Assembly: GCA_951406725.2 (NCBI GenBank)
Contig: OX597828.1
Location: 75,826,001-75,890,000, forward strand
Reading direction: 5' to 3'
From: Octopus vulgaris
Taxonomy: Eukaryota
DNA: 64,000 nucleotides
The first letter of the stretch is position 1. Every line of letters starts with the position of its first letter. Positions 1 through 12,947 of this stretch are shown here, piece by piece. Made by a program: the position numbers and the translations under genes. The notes beneath the pieces were generated by a model that saw only the letters and a list, made by a program, of their open reading frames with translations, was not told the DNA's origin and ran no database searches.

Positions 1-1149
1 ATCTACGGTTTCGATCTAAACGACATCAAAACGGAACAGAAGCATTAATTGAGTTTAATGAAGGTGCAGATTAAAGCAGCTTTTGAATCTTGCTGGCAGA
101 TTAACTTTTAATTTCCTCATGATAAAACGATGTTAAATGTAACAGTGGGATCAGTTCCGCTAACGAGTCTCTCTATAAATACTGACATTTTAACATATGT
201 TCATCAATTTTGTTATCCCCATTTAACCGTAGAAGCTATCAAAGTAGAATGCCTCGAAGAACATTGAACGAATACGAAATTATAATAATAGTTTATTACT
301 TTAGTTGAAAAATCCCCAAATATTGCGCAGAAAACGTCAAAAATTCGTATCTCTCTTCGCTCTCTTTTTTTCTGTCGCCAAAGAATTATAATCGTGAGTG
401 AACTGAATTGGTTTGAGGCATGAATCACAGTAAGTTACAAGGATAATTTAGATGAGATATTACGAAATAGGTAAAAAGATTATTATAATAGTGAAGTAAT
501 ACATTGATATGAGATTAACAATACGTTGTGAAAAGGAATTGTGTTTGTGTAGAGTTCTTATCTTTGCCAAAGAATAAAACTAATTTACAAAGTTGAAGTA
601 AATATGTTTCAAACAGAAATAGAAACGGTGTAATACAATGAAACTATAAAGTTATCGTTATTGCTGTTTAATATCCTGCATGCTGAATAGGTCCAGACAT
701 TATTTTCTGATATTATCTCCAAACTAGCCATTCTTTTTCTTTAAATAGGCTTTGAAGGAGATGTTGCTGCTATTTCTGGTTGCTGCTGCATATTGAACGA
801 GTTAAAAGCTTCTTAACTATATTCCTTTAAACGCAAATGGTATCAACAAATTAGTAGAAAATAAGCCTTCAATCTGTTTAGCACTATTTAACAGCAGCTA
901 CTAATAAACAGGTACTAATAAGCTTCTCATAGATACCAGAAAGTGAAGAATATTTTAGAGACAAGCTGCTCTAAACGTGGGAAGAGCGGTCCTTGAGCGG
1001 CAGAAACTGTGTAAAATGCATTGTTATATAGTTGCACGTAATGTTAATAAATACAGCGGGTAGTGAAAGATTTCGAACAGCGATTGAGGAGTGAGTTATA
1101 TCCATCGTGACCGAAGAAATTAATATCCAGTGTTATTCTGAGGAATATA

Positions 1150-2272
1150 GTCGGTTCAGACGAAGGTTTGAATGCGGCTGAGGGATTGAAACGAAAAATA
1201 AAACATTTATTCCCAGATGTTTCCTCGGATGAACAGAGCTGCTGCACGAAAACAAAGACATAAATTGTAGTAAAACAAAGTGCAACACTTTTATTGAAGC
1301 CAAAACGTAATGTACTGTTCGCATCGATAGAACAGGTAAAGAAGGAACTTGAAAGACTTGAAAGCCTAGGAATAATCGAGAAGACGGACCACTCAGATTG
1401 GGCAGCACTTAAGTAAAAGAGAAAAATAAGATACGAGTTTGTGGAGATTTTTTTCAACCGGTTTAAACGATTGTTTAGTCCCACATAACTATCCATTGCC
1501 GAATGCTCACACTTATTAGCTGTTGATACACAATGTAGCTTATTTACATTTAAGTGGTGTCCCTTCGGGGTAAAGATGGCTCCTTCCATATTTCAAGAAG
1601 TAGTGACTGCAATGCTGTCGGATTGTACTTTAGACGATGTCCTAATAAAAAAGCGAATCACACAAACATATAGAACACGTAGAAAGGATATTCGAAAAGA
1701 TCAGCGAATATGATTTTAAGCTATGTGAAAAAAATATGCGAGTTCCTTTTGAAAAAAATTAAATACTTGGGCCAGATAATAAATAAAATCGGACGGAAAC
1801 CGGATCCATCCAGGGCAACTGTGATAAAAACAATATGTTATTATGCTATGAGCATTCTTGGGGTTAGTAAATTACTACCAAATTCATATTCCCAATATAC
1901 ACAATGTAAAGGGCCCTGCTGAATGATTCGTTAAGGAAAAATACAAAATGGTACTAGACTGATAAATGCCAGGAGGCGTTTGACGAATTAAAAACAAACG
2001 TCGAACTTTTAAGGTCGTTAACGCATTTCGATCCGGAGCTGGATATTATATTGGCTACAGACGCAAGTGATTACGATGGGAGTATAAAGGCTGCAGCCTA
2101 CGCGTCACGAACGTTATTACCAGCAGAAAGGAACTACAGGCAAATAGAAAAGGAAGCGCTAACAATTATATTCGGTGTAAAACATTCCATAGATTAATTC
2201 ATGGAAGAAGTTTACGTCTACAAATGGATCATCGTTCACTACTGTCGATATACAATTCCAAAAAGCGAATAC

Positions 2273-2352
<80 letters not shown>

Positions 2353-3770
2353 CTAATAGACTACAGCGATGGGTTACTACGTTAATGAATTAGGATTTCA
2401 AAATGGAATATCCAGCGTCCAAGAAACTAGTGTATGTGGGTGTTTTGTTTCGACTGATACCAAAACACTGCGAGTCATTCGAAGATACGGTAATTGCGGC
2501 ATAAGATCAGGAGGAGAAATAAATGTAATGTGGAATGTGGTACGCGAAATACCGGCGACTCTAGAAGACAAAACGAAATGCGGAAAAGGACAAGTTTATT
2601 GCTGAAATGAAAAGAATGCTGTGGACAGGGAAAATAAATAGGGACAGGATTGGTGCGAAACGAAATTAAGACGTGAACTTATACTCAATTTGTGATACTG
2701 TACTGATGTATGCACAGAGAGTAGTAGTAATGCCTGAAACACTGCAAAAAAGTGTTGAGGAAATTCCATGTTGGACACCCTGGTATTTCGAGGATGAAAT
2801 CTTTAATGCGTAGCTACGTTTACTGGCCAAAAGTGGAAAGAGGAATTGAAAATTTAGTGACAGCCAGAAGAGGATGTCTCTAGCAGCAAAAAGTGAACCT
2901 TGATCAAAAGTAGATGTTCTGTGGTCGAGACTGCACATTGATTTTTCGTAGGCCCCTTAAACAGTTCATACCATTTAGTAGTAGTTGATAGTTTCTCTAA
3001 ATGGCCAGAAATTTCTAAGTGTAAAAAACCAGCCTCCTTAACTACGACAAACTTTCTACATGAGCTGTTTGCGAAATTTGGTATCCCAGGCATTATAGCA
3101 TCTGATAATGGAACGCAATTTGTGTCTTTTGAGTTTAAAATGTTTTGTAAAATGTTAGCCGTAGAACATGGAACTACCGCGTCATACCATCCCACGTCTA
3201 ACGGACAAGCAGAACGCTTTGTTGATACGTTGAAGACAGCCCCGAGAAAGTGGAATAACGAAGTGACGGATGAGGTAGCTCTACGACAATTCCTAAGAGT
3301 ATATCGAGTGACATCAAATCCAAACACATCATCAGGAATGTCACCAGTGGAACTGATGTTTGCGAGGAGAATAAAATCAGTCTTCGACAAGTTACTTTCT
3401 CGTAAGAAAAGAAAAAGTGCAATGAATAATATAGCAAGATTTTTCAAAATTGGTAAAAATGCATTTGTTTGAGTATATAAAAACGGAAAGCAAAGTTGGG
3501 AAGACAGCGTGATTGGCAAAGGCATAGGAAAATATTCTATACTTGGTAAAAGGAAGAAAATGTATATACAAGAGACACATAAATCAACTAAAAAACAAGA
3601 TTCGTTGAGAGCGAACCCAAGAGAATGGAAGAACCAATGGAATGGTTATATGATACCTTTTAAGTACCAAGGTCGCTACAAATAATTGAACTCAGAGGTA
3701 CAAGCAAAAAAAAAAAAAAATGTACGGAGTTCCTGAATGTGGATGACAAACGAAAAAATTTTTAGTTTGT
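1150..3770 (+). mobile_element. Degenerate Ty3/Gypsy LTR retrotransposon pol (RT-RNaseH-integrase), frameshifted and with stops
   Basis: Manual translation gives Gypsy motifs in RT-RH-IN order: LKPKRNVLFAS..ELERLESLGIIEKTDHSDWAA; PFGVKMAPSIFQ; TLDDVL (YLDD); [30 protein letters not shown]; HVGHPGISRMKSLMRSYVYWP; SDNGTQF..YHPTSNGQAERFVDTLK (ORF 3122-3472). Confidence 0.95.
2275..2351 (+). repeat. (AC)38 microsatellite inside the Gypsy RNase H region
   Basis: Pure AC repeat interrupting SKKRIL-[TH]n-ANRLQRW. Confidence 0.98.
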
Positions 3771-3883
3771 AACCATATGAAAAAAAAATCTCAAAAGAAG
3801 GTGGGCTGATGTAAACATTATTGTGAATAAAAAAAACTAAAATTACACTCACTGAGCCAAAAAATGAAACTTCAAAGGAGTGA

Positions 3884-4082
3884 TGTTATAGGAATAATAA
3901 TAAGGGAACACCCCTCACATGTGAGGAACCGTACGCGTTAGTCGTTATAAAATGCTGTGAGGTAGGAAGTCGTGTCGTCCAGAAGCCGACCAAGTCAGTC
4001 ATAGATAGTCGTGTCTTTGTTTAACTAACTATACTGCTATACCAGAGTGGAGCTTAAACCAATCCGATGTTGGATTACAACA
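3884..4082 (+). mobile_element. Probable 3' LTR of the Gypsy element
   Basis: A purine tract (AAAGGAGTGA) is immediately followed by TGTT...AACA termini, ~199 bp, directly downstream of integrase. No matching 5' LTR was found in the window. Confidence 0.6.
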
Positions 4083-4088
4083 TTATCC

Positions 4089-4129
<41 letters not shown>

Positions 4130-4199
4130 TATATATATATATATACATATATTAAGACATTAAAAATAAGACATAACAAGAGAGGAATATAATATATCC

Positions 4200-5640
4200 T
4201 CATAACCTTGTCTTTTATACCATATACAATACATTTATTTTAAATCTTTCTCCGACACCTGTTTTTACTGCATTGATATCATTGAACAAATTCCCGTTGT
4301 TCTATATCAATTGATTTGGTTAGCCAGAACCTGGATATTACAAGAGCACTAGTAGGGTACCGCCCCAGTGCAAACACACCATTGTAAATATAACATATGT
4401 AGACTTAATTTATATGAGTATAGTACATAGTTAATCTATACATCATGTAAGTAGTCGTGTTTTCGACTGTTACCGATTAATGAATATGATGTGTGCATTC
4501 ACTAGTGAAAGAATTTATCTGCTGGAGGGTTGTGCCTCTATGAATATGGCAACATGGAATAAAAGAAAGAGTTTACTGTTTTTTGTTTTGGCAAAATGTG
4601 GATTTCTAATGTTTAAAATATAGAAATATATGGAGCGTATTAAATGAAAAGGTTTTAGGTGGGTAAAATAAGAGTATGAATTTGTGAAAGATATTGTATA
4701 TTTGCGGAATAGTACTGTCCTCGTTTTGAGATATGTAAATTAGATAATTAAATCCACGATCGTAGAATAAAAGTAAATTTACATATGAGGGTTTATAAGA
4801 GAAAAACTGTGAGTAGGAGAGCAAGAGAAAAAGAGAGCAAGCTAAACAGAAAGAGGGCAACAAGGAAAGAAGAGCATGCTGAATTACAAACAGACCAAGA
4901 TAGTTTTAAAGAAAAAAAATTGGCAAGATGCTATAATTAGCGACAGAACTGAAAAACTACACATTACTGAGCATGAAACTACATTTTTTTTTCAAGATGC
5001 AAATCATAAAATAAAATCGGTGAATGAATATTGAAAGTATATTTGCGTATGTGAGTTTATTGCCTGAAAACGAGCAAGAGAATTGTTCGCTGAGGGACCA
5101 TAAATATAATGAGATCGTGCATTTAGAGACAGAAAGCAATGAAACGTAAGTGCAAAAGAAAGAAATATTAAAGGAATGTCATTAAGAAATGATATTAACA
5201 GACCTGAGAGAGAAAGTTTCAATACTGAGGCTGTGATTATTGATAATGGAGTTGACTGAAAATGTTGTATAAGGACCTGTTAAGGAAAAGAAATAAAAAC
5301 AAAAACAAATATTAATGAAGGAGAAATATGGAAATTTAGAATAGAATGGTAATATTATTGAGAAATGACAGAAACGGAGCAGGAATGGAAGATTTTATTA
5401 TTGAGAAGGTTGTGATTATTTGTGATGAACCCACATGAAAAAGAATGCTTTATGAGGGTCCTGTTATGAAAAAAAAGTAAGCATTAATGAAGGAAAGAAA
5501 TAGAACCTTATAAGGAATAGAATGCTAATAATATTATAGATATTTTTCCGAATCGTAGTTTCCTATTTTTGGAAAATGTAAATCAGGAAATGCATTTAGT
5601 GGGCATGTAGTAAGAAACCCTTTTATAAAAAGAGGAGCAA
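4200..5640 (-). mobile_element. Highly decayed Penelope-like element 3' part (GIY-YIG endonuclease remnant plus terminal region)
   Basis: Minus-strand fragments occur in PLE order: PYTTFSVNSIINNH, HYIYGPSANNSLARF (YIG..R), LKLSWSVCNSA, SFCLAC, then a decayed hammerhead-like CTAGTGA...GAAA at ~4452-4506. Weak manual similarity only. Confidence 0.45.
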
Positions 5641-6558
5641 ACGATAATGAAATACAGAAATTGTAGAAATATCATAGAAGATACCAGTGATTTGCAAGTG
5701 TGTAAATGAATGGGCCAAAATGACAGTCAGTTTCCTTACATATGCTGTGCAAAATGGCCAGAAGACGTTTAAGAATTACATTTTTATTATAGCATTGTAC
5801 ATACACATAGATATACACACATATACACACATATATAGACATAAATACACACGCCGACACATGCATAAATACACACATACACGCCGACACATATGCATAA
5901 ATACACGCGCACACACGCTCAGACATATATATATATATATAATGTGCAAGTTTTCCAATGAGGGGGTTCGGTTTTGGGAAAAAGAGCCTGAAACCATTGA
6001 CGTCGTACCTGAACATGTCTAATTTGATGTCCTGAACAAGTAGTGGATGAGATGGAAGGGATATAACTTTCGTGGTTAAGTTATCCATCTTGGCACCCAA
6101 TTCTTAAAGATGATATTCTTAAAGAAATGGTCGACGGTTTTCCTCAAGATGTCTGATCGTAGTCATATCTCAGTCTGATTACTTCATCTTTCTTTTTTTA
6201 CTAAAGGATACAAATGACAAATATATAAAGAAATCTCATCAGCCATTGAGACTAGAATTAGCATAATTTTGGTGCCCTTAAATTTGTCCTACATAAAATT
6301 ATATGGTACTATTCCTCTAGCTGTACCAGTGATACTGGATATGTGAAGTGATAGACGTACATCATGCGAGTGAGTCAGAACACTGCTAAAACCTAACACA
6401 AGTCACGCAGTAACGTTACACACACACACACACACACACACGCACGTGGTACTCTTTCGACACGACACGGAGAAATCAGTTCTCACGGTATTACGCGAAA
6501 GATGAGAGAAAAAATGATTCGTTTTAAACAGGAGGAAAAGACAAGAATCATATATAAG

Positions 6559-6900
6559 GGCTGTGCGGTAAGAAGCTGGCTGCCCAACCACGTAGTTCCG
6601 GGTTCAGTCTCACTGCGTGTCACCTTGTGCATATGTCTTCTACTATAGCCTCGGGTCGACCAAAGCCCTATAATTGGATCTGATACACAGAAACTGAAAG
6701 AAATTCGTCATATGTGTGTGTGTGACTCTGTGTGTGTCCTGCACCACTGCTTGGTAACCGGTGTTGGTGCGATTACTTCGCCGTAACATATCGGTTAGGC
6801 CTAAGACCGATAAAATAAGTCCTGAGGATGATTCGTTCTTCAAGGTGGTGCCCCAGAATGGTCGCAGTCTAATGACTGAGGGTAGTAGAGGATAAAAGAT
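6559..6900 (+). mobile_element. tRNA-derived SINE, family A (diverged copy)
   Basis: A-box-like GGCTGTGCGGTAAG, B-box-like GGTTCAGTC, internal (TG)n and 3' GGTGGTGCCCCAGAATGGTCGCAG; aligns with the copies at 27019 and 40023. Confidence 0.9.
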
Positions 6901-6904
6901 ATAT

Positions 6905-8117
6905 ACAAGGGTTGGACAAAACATCAGTAACTCCACTGTATTTAACTACTTTTTTCTATTGGCAATACTGCAAATTCACAACTGTTCCAGTCTGTATATA
7001 TATGTTCATATGCATTATGTATGCTTTGCACTTCATGATATAAACTTCTATTTTCTTTTGTTGCAGATATTTACATTTATATAAGTTGAAATGCGTATCT
7101 GATTTCTAAAGAGAGCAAACTGTTGGAGCACGGATGGCTGGTGCTTCAGTCAATAAAAACTGCTGAATTGTTTAATGTTTTGAGAGTTATAATCACTAAA
7201 ATCATGTTCGCATTCCAAAACGAAGATAAAACAGCTTTGGTAAGCATAATTCTGGATGGAAGCCAAAGAGGACAGAGAAGGACCGCAGAATAATGTAAAC
7301 CCCACCAAACTACGACAGCAAATGTGACAACAGAGCTGAACTACCACCGTATCAATCCTGTGTCCTCCAAAACCGTTGGTCATGAGCTCCATGAACCAGG
7401 ATACCGTGGGATGACTTCATTTGCTAAACCTTCTCTACTACCCATCAACATTGAAAGCGGATAATTAGTGCCTCGACTATCAGAAGTATTCAATGGACCA
7501 ATGTTATCTTCTCTAGTGAAACATCATTTATACTTTTTCCCGACTTGAGAGTGAGTTTGTGTCTGAGAAAAGTTCAAAGAAGTAATCAATCTTGGCTGTT
7601 TGGAACACGACCATGAAGCATGGAGGTGACTCGTAATGATCTAACAACCATTTTACTCTCTTGGCCTTTCAGCTGTCCCTCATGGAAAAGTTATCACCAA
7701 GGATTATCTGAGTGGTTTGGCTATGGATATCCACCTTATGATACAAATATTGTTCTCCGATCATAGTGCAATCCTCTAGGACAATAATGCGTCAATTTAT
7801 ACAGCTAATATTATTCAAAATTGGAGTGAAAAAAAACTGGAGGACAGTAGACATCTTGGATTACTGCTGCCTCAATCACCAGATCGCAATATTGCGTTTT
7901 CCAGCAGCAAGTTGGGAACCGTGCCTCTCTTCCATTATCTTTTCAATGAGCTGCTAGACGTTTTACGTTAAGAGAAAAGTGGTTCAAAATTCTTTTAACA
8001 ATGGTTTCGAATCTGTGTGAGCCAGGTTCTTGATGTGTTAAAATGATTACTGCGAAAAAGTAGATCATCTTCGTATCAAATAATTAGACTTCCATTTAAC
8101 ACGTTTTATTCATCCAT
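6905..8117 (+). mobile_element. Degenerate Tc1-like DNA transposon (transposase pseudogene)
   Basis: TA-CAAGGGTTGGACAAAA left end; HTH QTVGARMAGASV.KTAELFNV; TMKHGGDS (KHGGGSVM); DNNASIYTA (QDDNAPIH); PQSPDRNI (WPPQSPDLNPIE). The right TIR is only weakly recognisable. Confidence 0.85.
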
Positions 8118-8197
8118 TATGTTATTCACTTTATATATGTATATATATATAAACATACACTATATGTATGTATACATATATGTATATATATATGTAT

Positions 8198-8256
<59 letters not shown>

Positions 8257-8276
8257 CGTATATATATATATGTATA

Positions 8277-8328
<52 letters not shown>

Positions 8329-8409
8329 AACAATTGCAGCGTGGGAGGTGTTTATAAGCCATTTAAGAAACACACAAAAGCCGTTCGATTCATCAACATT
8401 TAAGTTTAA

Positions 8410-8459
8410 TTTGTCAAAATATTTTCGTCGCTAAAATCCGCGACCTGTTCACTGACAAA
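8410..8459 (-). ncRNA. Mirror copy of the G3:C8 hammerhead motif
   Basis: Reverse complement of 8491-8539 with one extra T in loop II. Confidence 0.75.
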
Positions 8460-8490
8460 GTCCGTGCTGCATCACGGATGCAGCACGGAC

Positions 8491-8539
8491 TTTGTCAGTG
8501 AACAGGTCGCGGATTTAGCGACGAAAATATTTTGACAAA
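8491..8539 (+). ncRNA. Minimal type-I hammerhead ribozyme motif, G3:C8 variant
   Basis: TTTGTCA-GTGAACA-G-GTCGC(GGATTTA)GCGAC-GAAA-ATAT-T-T-TGACAAA: 7-bp stem I, 5-bp stem II, palindromic AATATT stem III. Confidence 0.75.
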
Positions 8540-8679
8540 TTAAACTTAAATGTTGGAGTGAATCGAACGGCTTTTGTGTGTTTCTTAAATGGCTTATAAA
8601 CACCTCCCACGCTGCAATTGTTTTCGTTTCAGCACACGATCTCAGATCAAATTACTTGCTATGCGAGTACATCTCCGTA

Positions 8680-8721
<42 letters not shown>

Positions 8722-8735
8722 ATATATATATATAT

Positions 8736-8800
<65 letters not shown>

Positions 8801-9103
8801 TGTATATATATATAAAATCAACCTGTTCAACCTCGTGTGGATTTTACCGTGCGGTTCGACAAATTATATTTTGATGTACTGACGATTCGAAAATACTTAT
8901 GTAAGTAAAATTACGTAATTTATTAACGACGAAACAATTGTATAGAGTTAATCTATTTTTTCGTTATTTTTCATTTGTCCCGCTCGCTAACGTTCTTGGC
9001 GGGTTGAATTAATTCTTGAGAACAATTCCTTGGTGGTGGATTCCCTTTGCGGATCTATATCTAGCGTTAGAGCGTCCACATAGTGGATTCTCTCTTATTG
9101 TTT

Positions 9104-9164
<61 letters not shown>

Positions 9165-10586
9165 GTGTGTGTGTGTGTGTGTGTATGTGCATCTGTGTGT
9201 CTGTGCCAAATTGATCTGAATGGGATTTTCCGGAATAGAGCTGAAGTAAAGAACACGTTAATCAGCTCTACCCACCATTATCACTCAAGATTATTGTAAA
9301 CAATATACTTAGAACGCAGGAGAGACGTTGCTTGAGTAAATTTGCTGACTATAATAACTAATGGAAGTGTCTGTTCGATGTGCATATTAAAACAAAGTAG
9401 CATTATCGTGCAGATGATTGGTAGAAATTTATTTGGGGGGAAGATCTAGAAGAAAGGAACAAGAGATAAAATCGTTCTGAGATAATCACTATTTGTAGTG
9501 TTTAGTTTAATGCCTCGAGATATAGCGTCTTGTAGTATGATGCTCGCTGTTGAATTGGAAAGACTCCCAGATGAATTTCAAGTGAGGGAAACATGAATAG
9601 TTTTGTGTACATCATCTTAAATATATCTACTGTTTTATCTATAGAGTACTTTTAAGTTTAATTGCAATTCCTCGAGGTTTGGTAAACCGGAATTAACAAA
9701 ACAAATTCACATATATAAGCATTAAAATACCTTGCTATAGAATATAAGCATATACTCTTCAGGTAAGACAACAAATAGTGATGAGTTTCGTCACGGAACA
9801 TTTCACAATTTGTTCGCTATTTCTCAGCAAAGCGTCCTCCCCATAAAGTAGCCAAGATCAGTTCTTTTATAATGTAGTCATAAATTAGGCTAGCCCTGTG
9901 CTACATAGAACAAACTTTCGTATTTGTTCTTTTGATGTCTCACAATTAAGGAACATTTTAGGCACAAAAGCGTAAATCTGAAGAATTGAAATACATTTTT
10001 ATATAACAAAATCTCACTTCGGGTTCAATAAAAATGTAAACACGATCTTTTTCCATTGCCATGTGCGGAAACAAGAAGGCAAATGCTTCCTGTTTTGATC
10101 ACACCTCAGAGAAGATACGCCTCGATCCCTTCCACGACCAACAACATAAACTGCGGCCATAAATTAAGCTAGTACCGTAGTGAATCGACTAATTTGTATA
10201 TTTGTGCTTTTAACAACTTGTCTATAATTATATCTACTTTACGTATATCAGAGGAAGCAATGTAAATGAAAATATGACAAAACTTCGCTAAATGTTAAAT
10301 AAGTATGCACATGTTCGTTCTATACTATTGGTTGTTTGGAACCAGTAATATAGAAGCTGTAAAAAAATCTAAATTAATGACGAGAATAACAATTAGAGCA
10401 AAGTGAAAATGGTGTAGAATTATTAGTTTGAGAGCCAATGAGAGATTAAGGAAGAAGTGCTTTTGAATGTGTTGAGCTCTTCCGAAGATTAGACAGAAAA
10501 AGAAAGAAAGATGCAGGACGTAGAGAAAAAGCGTGAGTAAATGAGATACATGTGCTCCTCAGTGTCACACACGTGAGCGCGTGTAT

Positions 10587-10646
<60 letters not shown>

Positions 10647-11474
10647 GTGCTCAGTGCATTGCTATCTTGTAGCCATTTGATAAATATTATAATGAAGCGG
10701 GGAAAATGAAGTTTGATAATATATAATTATGCAGAAATAGGTAACAGATGAAGAAGAATATAGTCATATCTCCGCAGTGAACTTGAACTTAGAAATAACC
10801 AATAAAAAGGAATAACAACAACAACAGCAACAACCTAGGGAGTTCACAATCTTCTGTACTTAACTATTTGCTCCGTCACAGAAAAAGATTTACTACCCAT
10901 TAATTTCAAAAGTTTAAATCATTCACACCAGTGCGATTTCATAGCGTGTGTGAATTTAAATTAACTCAACAAGCTCTTAATCTGCTTCCCATTTTTCTTT
11001 TTCTTTTTTTTTTCTTTTCCATATTCTTGTTTGCTATCAACGCTAGTTTAGTAAATGGAATTTACCAGTAGCAGACAAACATATGATAAATACTGCACTG
11101 ATATTAAAACATCCTCTAATTAGACTGCAACATGAAACTGACTAAAATATATCGTTTGAAATACCAAGTGTCAGCGACAGAGACCAATGAAGTAGTCTGT
11201 ATAACCTGCAGCTAATTCAAAAGTGTAAACCCCTGTGTGTATCTTGTTTAAATGTGAACGAACTTCAATATTAGTTCGAAAGAGGTTTTATTTACGTCTT
11301 AAACACGCTGCTTATTTTCAGATAAATGATGTGTGCGATTATGCGATTTCAGTTACATTACGAAAACACTAAATACACCATGTCTTTGCATATATACATA
11401 TACATTCCTATTTACACGCACACACACACACACATATATATATATATACATACATATACACATATTTACATATA

Positions 11475-11514
<40 letters not shown>

Positions 11515-11574
11515 TGAGTATTATACATATATACATATGTACATATACATACATATTTATATGTACATACACAG

Positions 11575-12131
11575 TGGCTGCCCCATCGTTATCAAGTATG
11601 GCCATTGCACGAAGCTCAATCAATGTTGTTATTGTGCAATGCCTGTGCAAGAAGATTTTTTTTAAAGTGAAGAAAGGCTGAGCACTGAGTCAATCCCACT
11701 CACTAAGCAACAGCAGCCATAATCCGAAAAGAAGAGCAAGTCAACATCATCGGTAACCACTGAGCTGCAGGATTTATGTCGGAGTTATCTCAGTTACCTC
11801 AGTTACCTTCCTCTAGAAGGATGCCCTAACAAAGGCTAGGAGTCCTTCACTCCCAATGGTTTAACCGCGCGATCGGGTATTCAGTCCGATTATTTCTATC
11901 TCCCCGCACATGATACATCCTTAAGACATTTATTGGATGGACGTTGACTCTCAAGAGTTCCTCCACCCTTTGACGGGTTTTGTTTTTCATCCCGCAGGGT
12001 GTCCAATAAACACTCTCCTCATCAAGCAAGCTTGGCGGGGTTGCCGGTTTAGTCGCCGACGACCCGAACATGCAACAGGTTGTACTGGGTTACATGTTAC
12101 CAGTAGCACTCGAAAGTGACCTGACCGGAAC
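11575..12131 (-). mobile_element. Probable 5' UTR fragment of an RTE-type LINE between microsatellites
   Basis: GC-richer island. The minus strand has CCTAGCCTTTGTTAGGGCATCCTTCTAGAGGAAGGTAAC, resembling a motif I recall from RTE 5' UTRs; no coding homology seen. Confidence 0.35.
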
Positions 12132-12156
12132 ATATATACATGCATATATAAATATA

Positions 12157-12224
<68 letters not shown>

Positions 12225-12229
12225 ATATA

Positions 12230-12399
12230 AACTTGGAGAAGAGAGTCGAACCAGGGACAACTGATGAAGGGGAATTTTCCTTGAATTGTTTGTCCTGTAC
12301 TCTGTTTTTTCGTTGTTTAAAAAAAGTCCGTTTCCTTGCTTGATTTTATGTTCTCGTCTCTCGTTGTGTTCTACGTTTATTTGTGGTGTCCTGTACTCA
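12230..12399 (+). mobile_element. Short PLE-type terminal fragment in (TA)n with a hammerhead-like motif
   Basis: GGACAA-CTGATGA-AGGGGAATTTTCCTT-GAA-TTGT-TTGTCC, then a T-rich tail ending in (TA)n; related to 41945-42435. Confidence 0.5.
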
Positions 12400-12821
12400 T
12401 ATATATATATATGTATGCATGTATATATACATGTAGATGTAAGTATGTACATATATGTATGTATATATGCATATATTTTATTTATCTATTATATTACTAT
12501 ATATATATATATATATATATATAAACATATATATACATACATATATATACATACACATATACACATACACATATATACATATATACACATACATATTTAT
12601 ATATATACATATATTTATATATACATAGTGTAACGATTATTTACCAAGCTAATGTGGCAGTTCCATTTAGGGGCGAATGCTACTTTTTCCTACCTAAACA
12701 ACAGTATCATTCGCCCGTAAACGGAAACGCCACATTAGGTTGGCAAATAATCGTTACTTTATATACATACATGCAAGTAATAAGGATACGCATATAGATG
12801 TATTCACATACATACACACAC

Positions 12822-12932
<111 letters not shown>

Positions 12933-12947
12933 CACATGTATATACAC

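Larger units (their letters stand above)
8328..8679. mobile_element. Palindromic mini-element (inverted PLE-type terminal repeat) inserted in (TA)n
   Basis: Arms 8328-8473 and 8477-8623 are reverse complements apart from ~3 nt of indels, with a 3-nt spacer; a unique tail follows at 8624-8679; (TA)n flanks both sides. Confidence 0.85.

Noticed and set aside
1044-3525. Minus-strand ORFs of 181 and 223 aa
   Set aside because: Antisense shadows of the Gypsy pol.
8873-8900. CTGACGA-TTC-GAAA
   Set aside because: No stem II and no convincing stem I or III.
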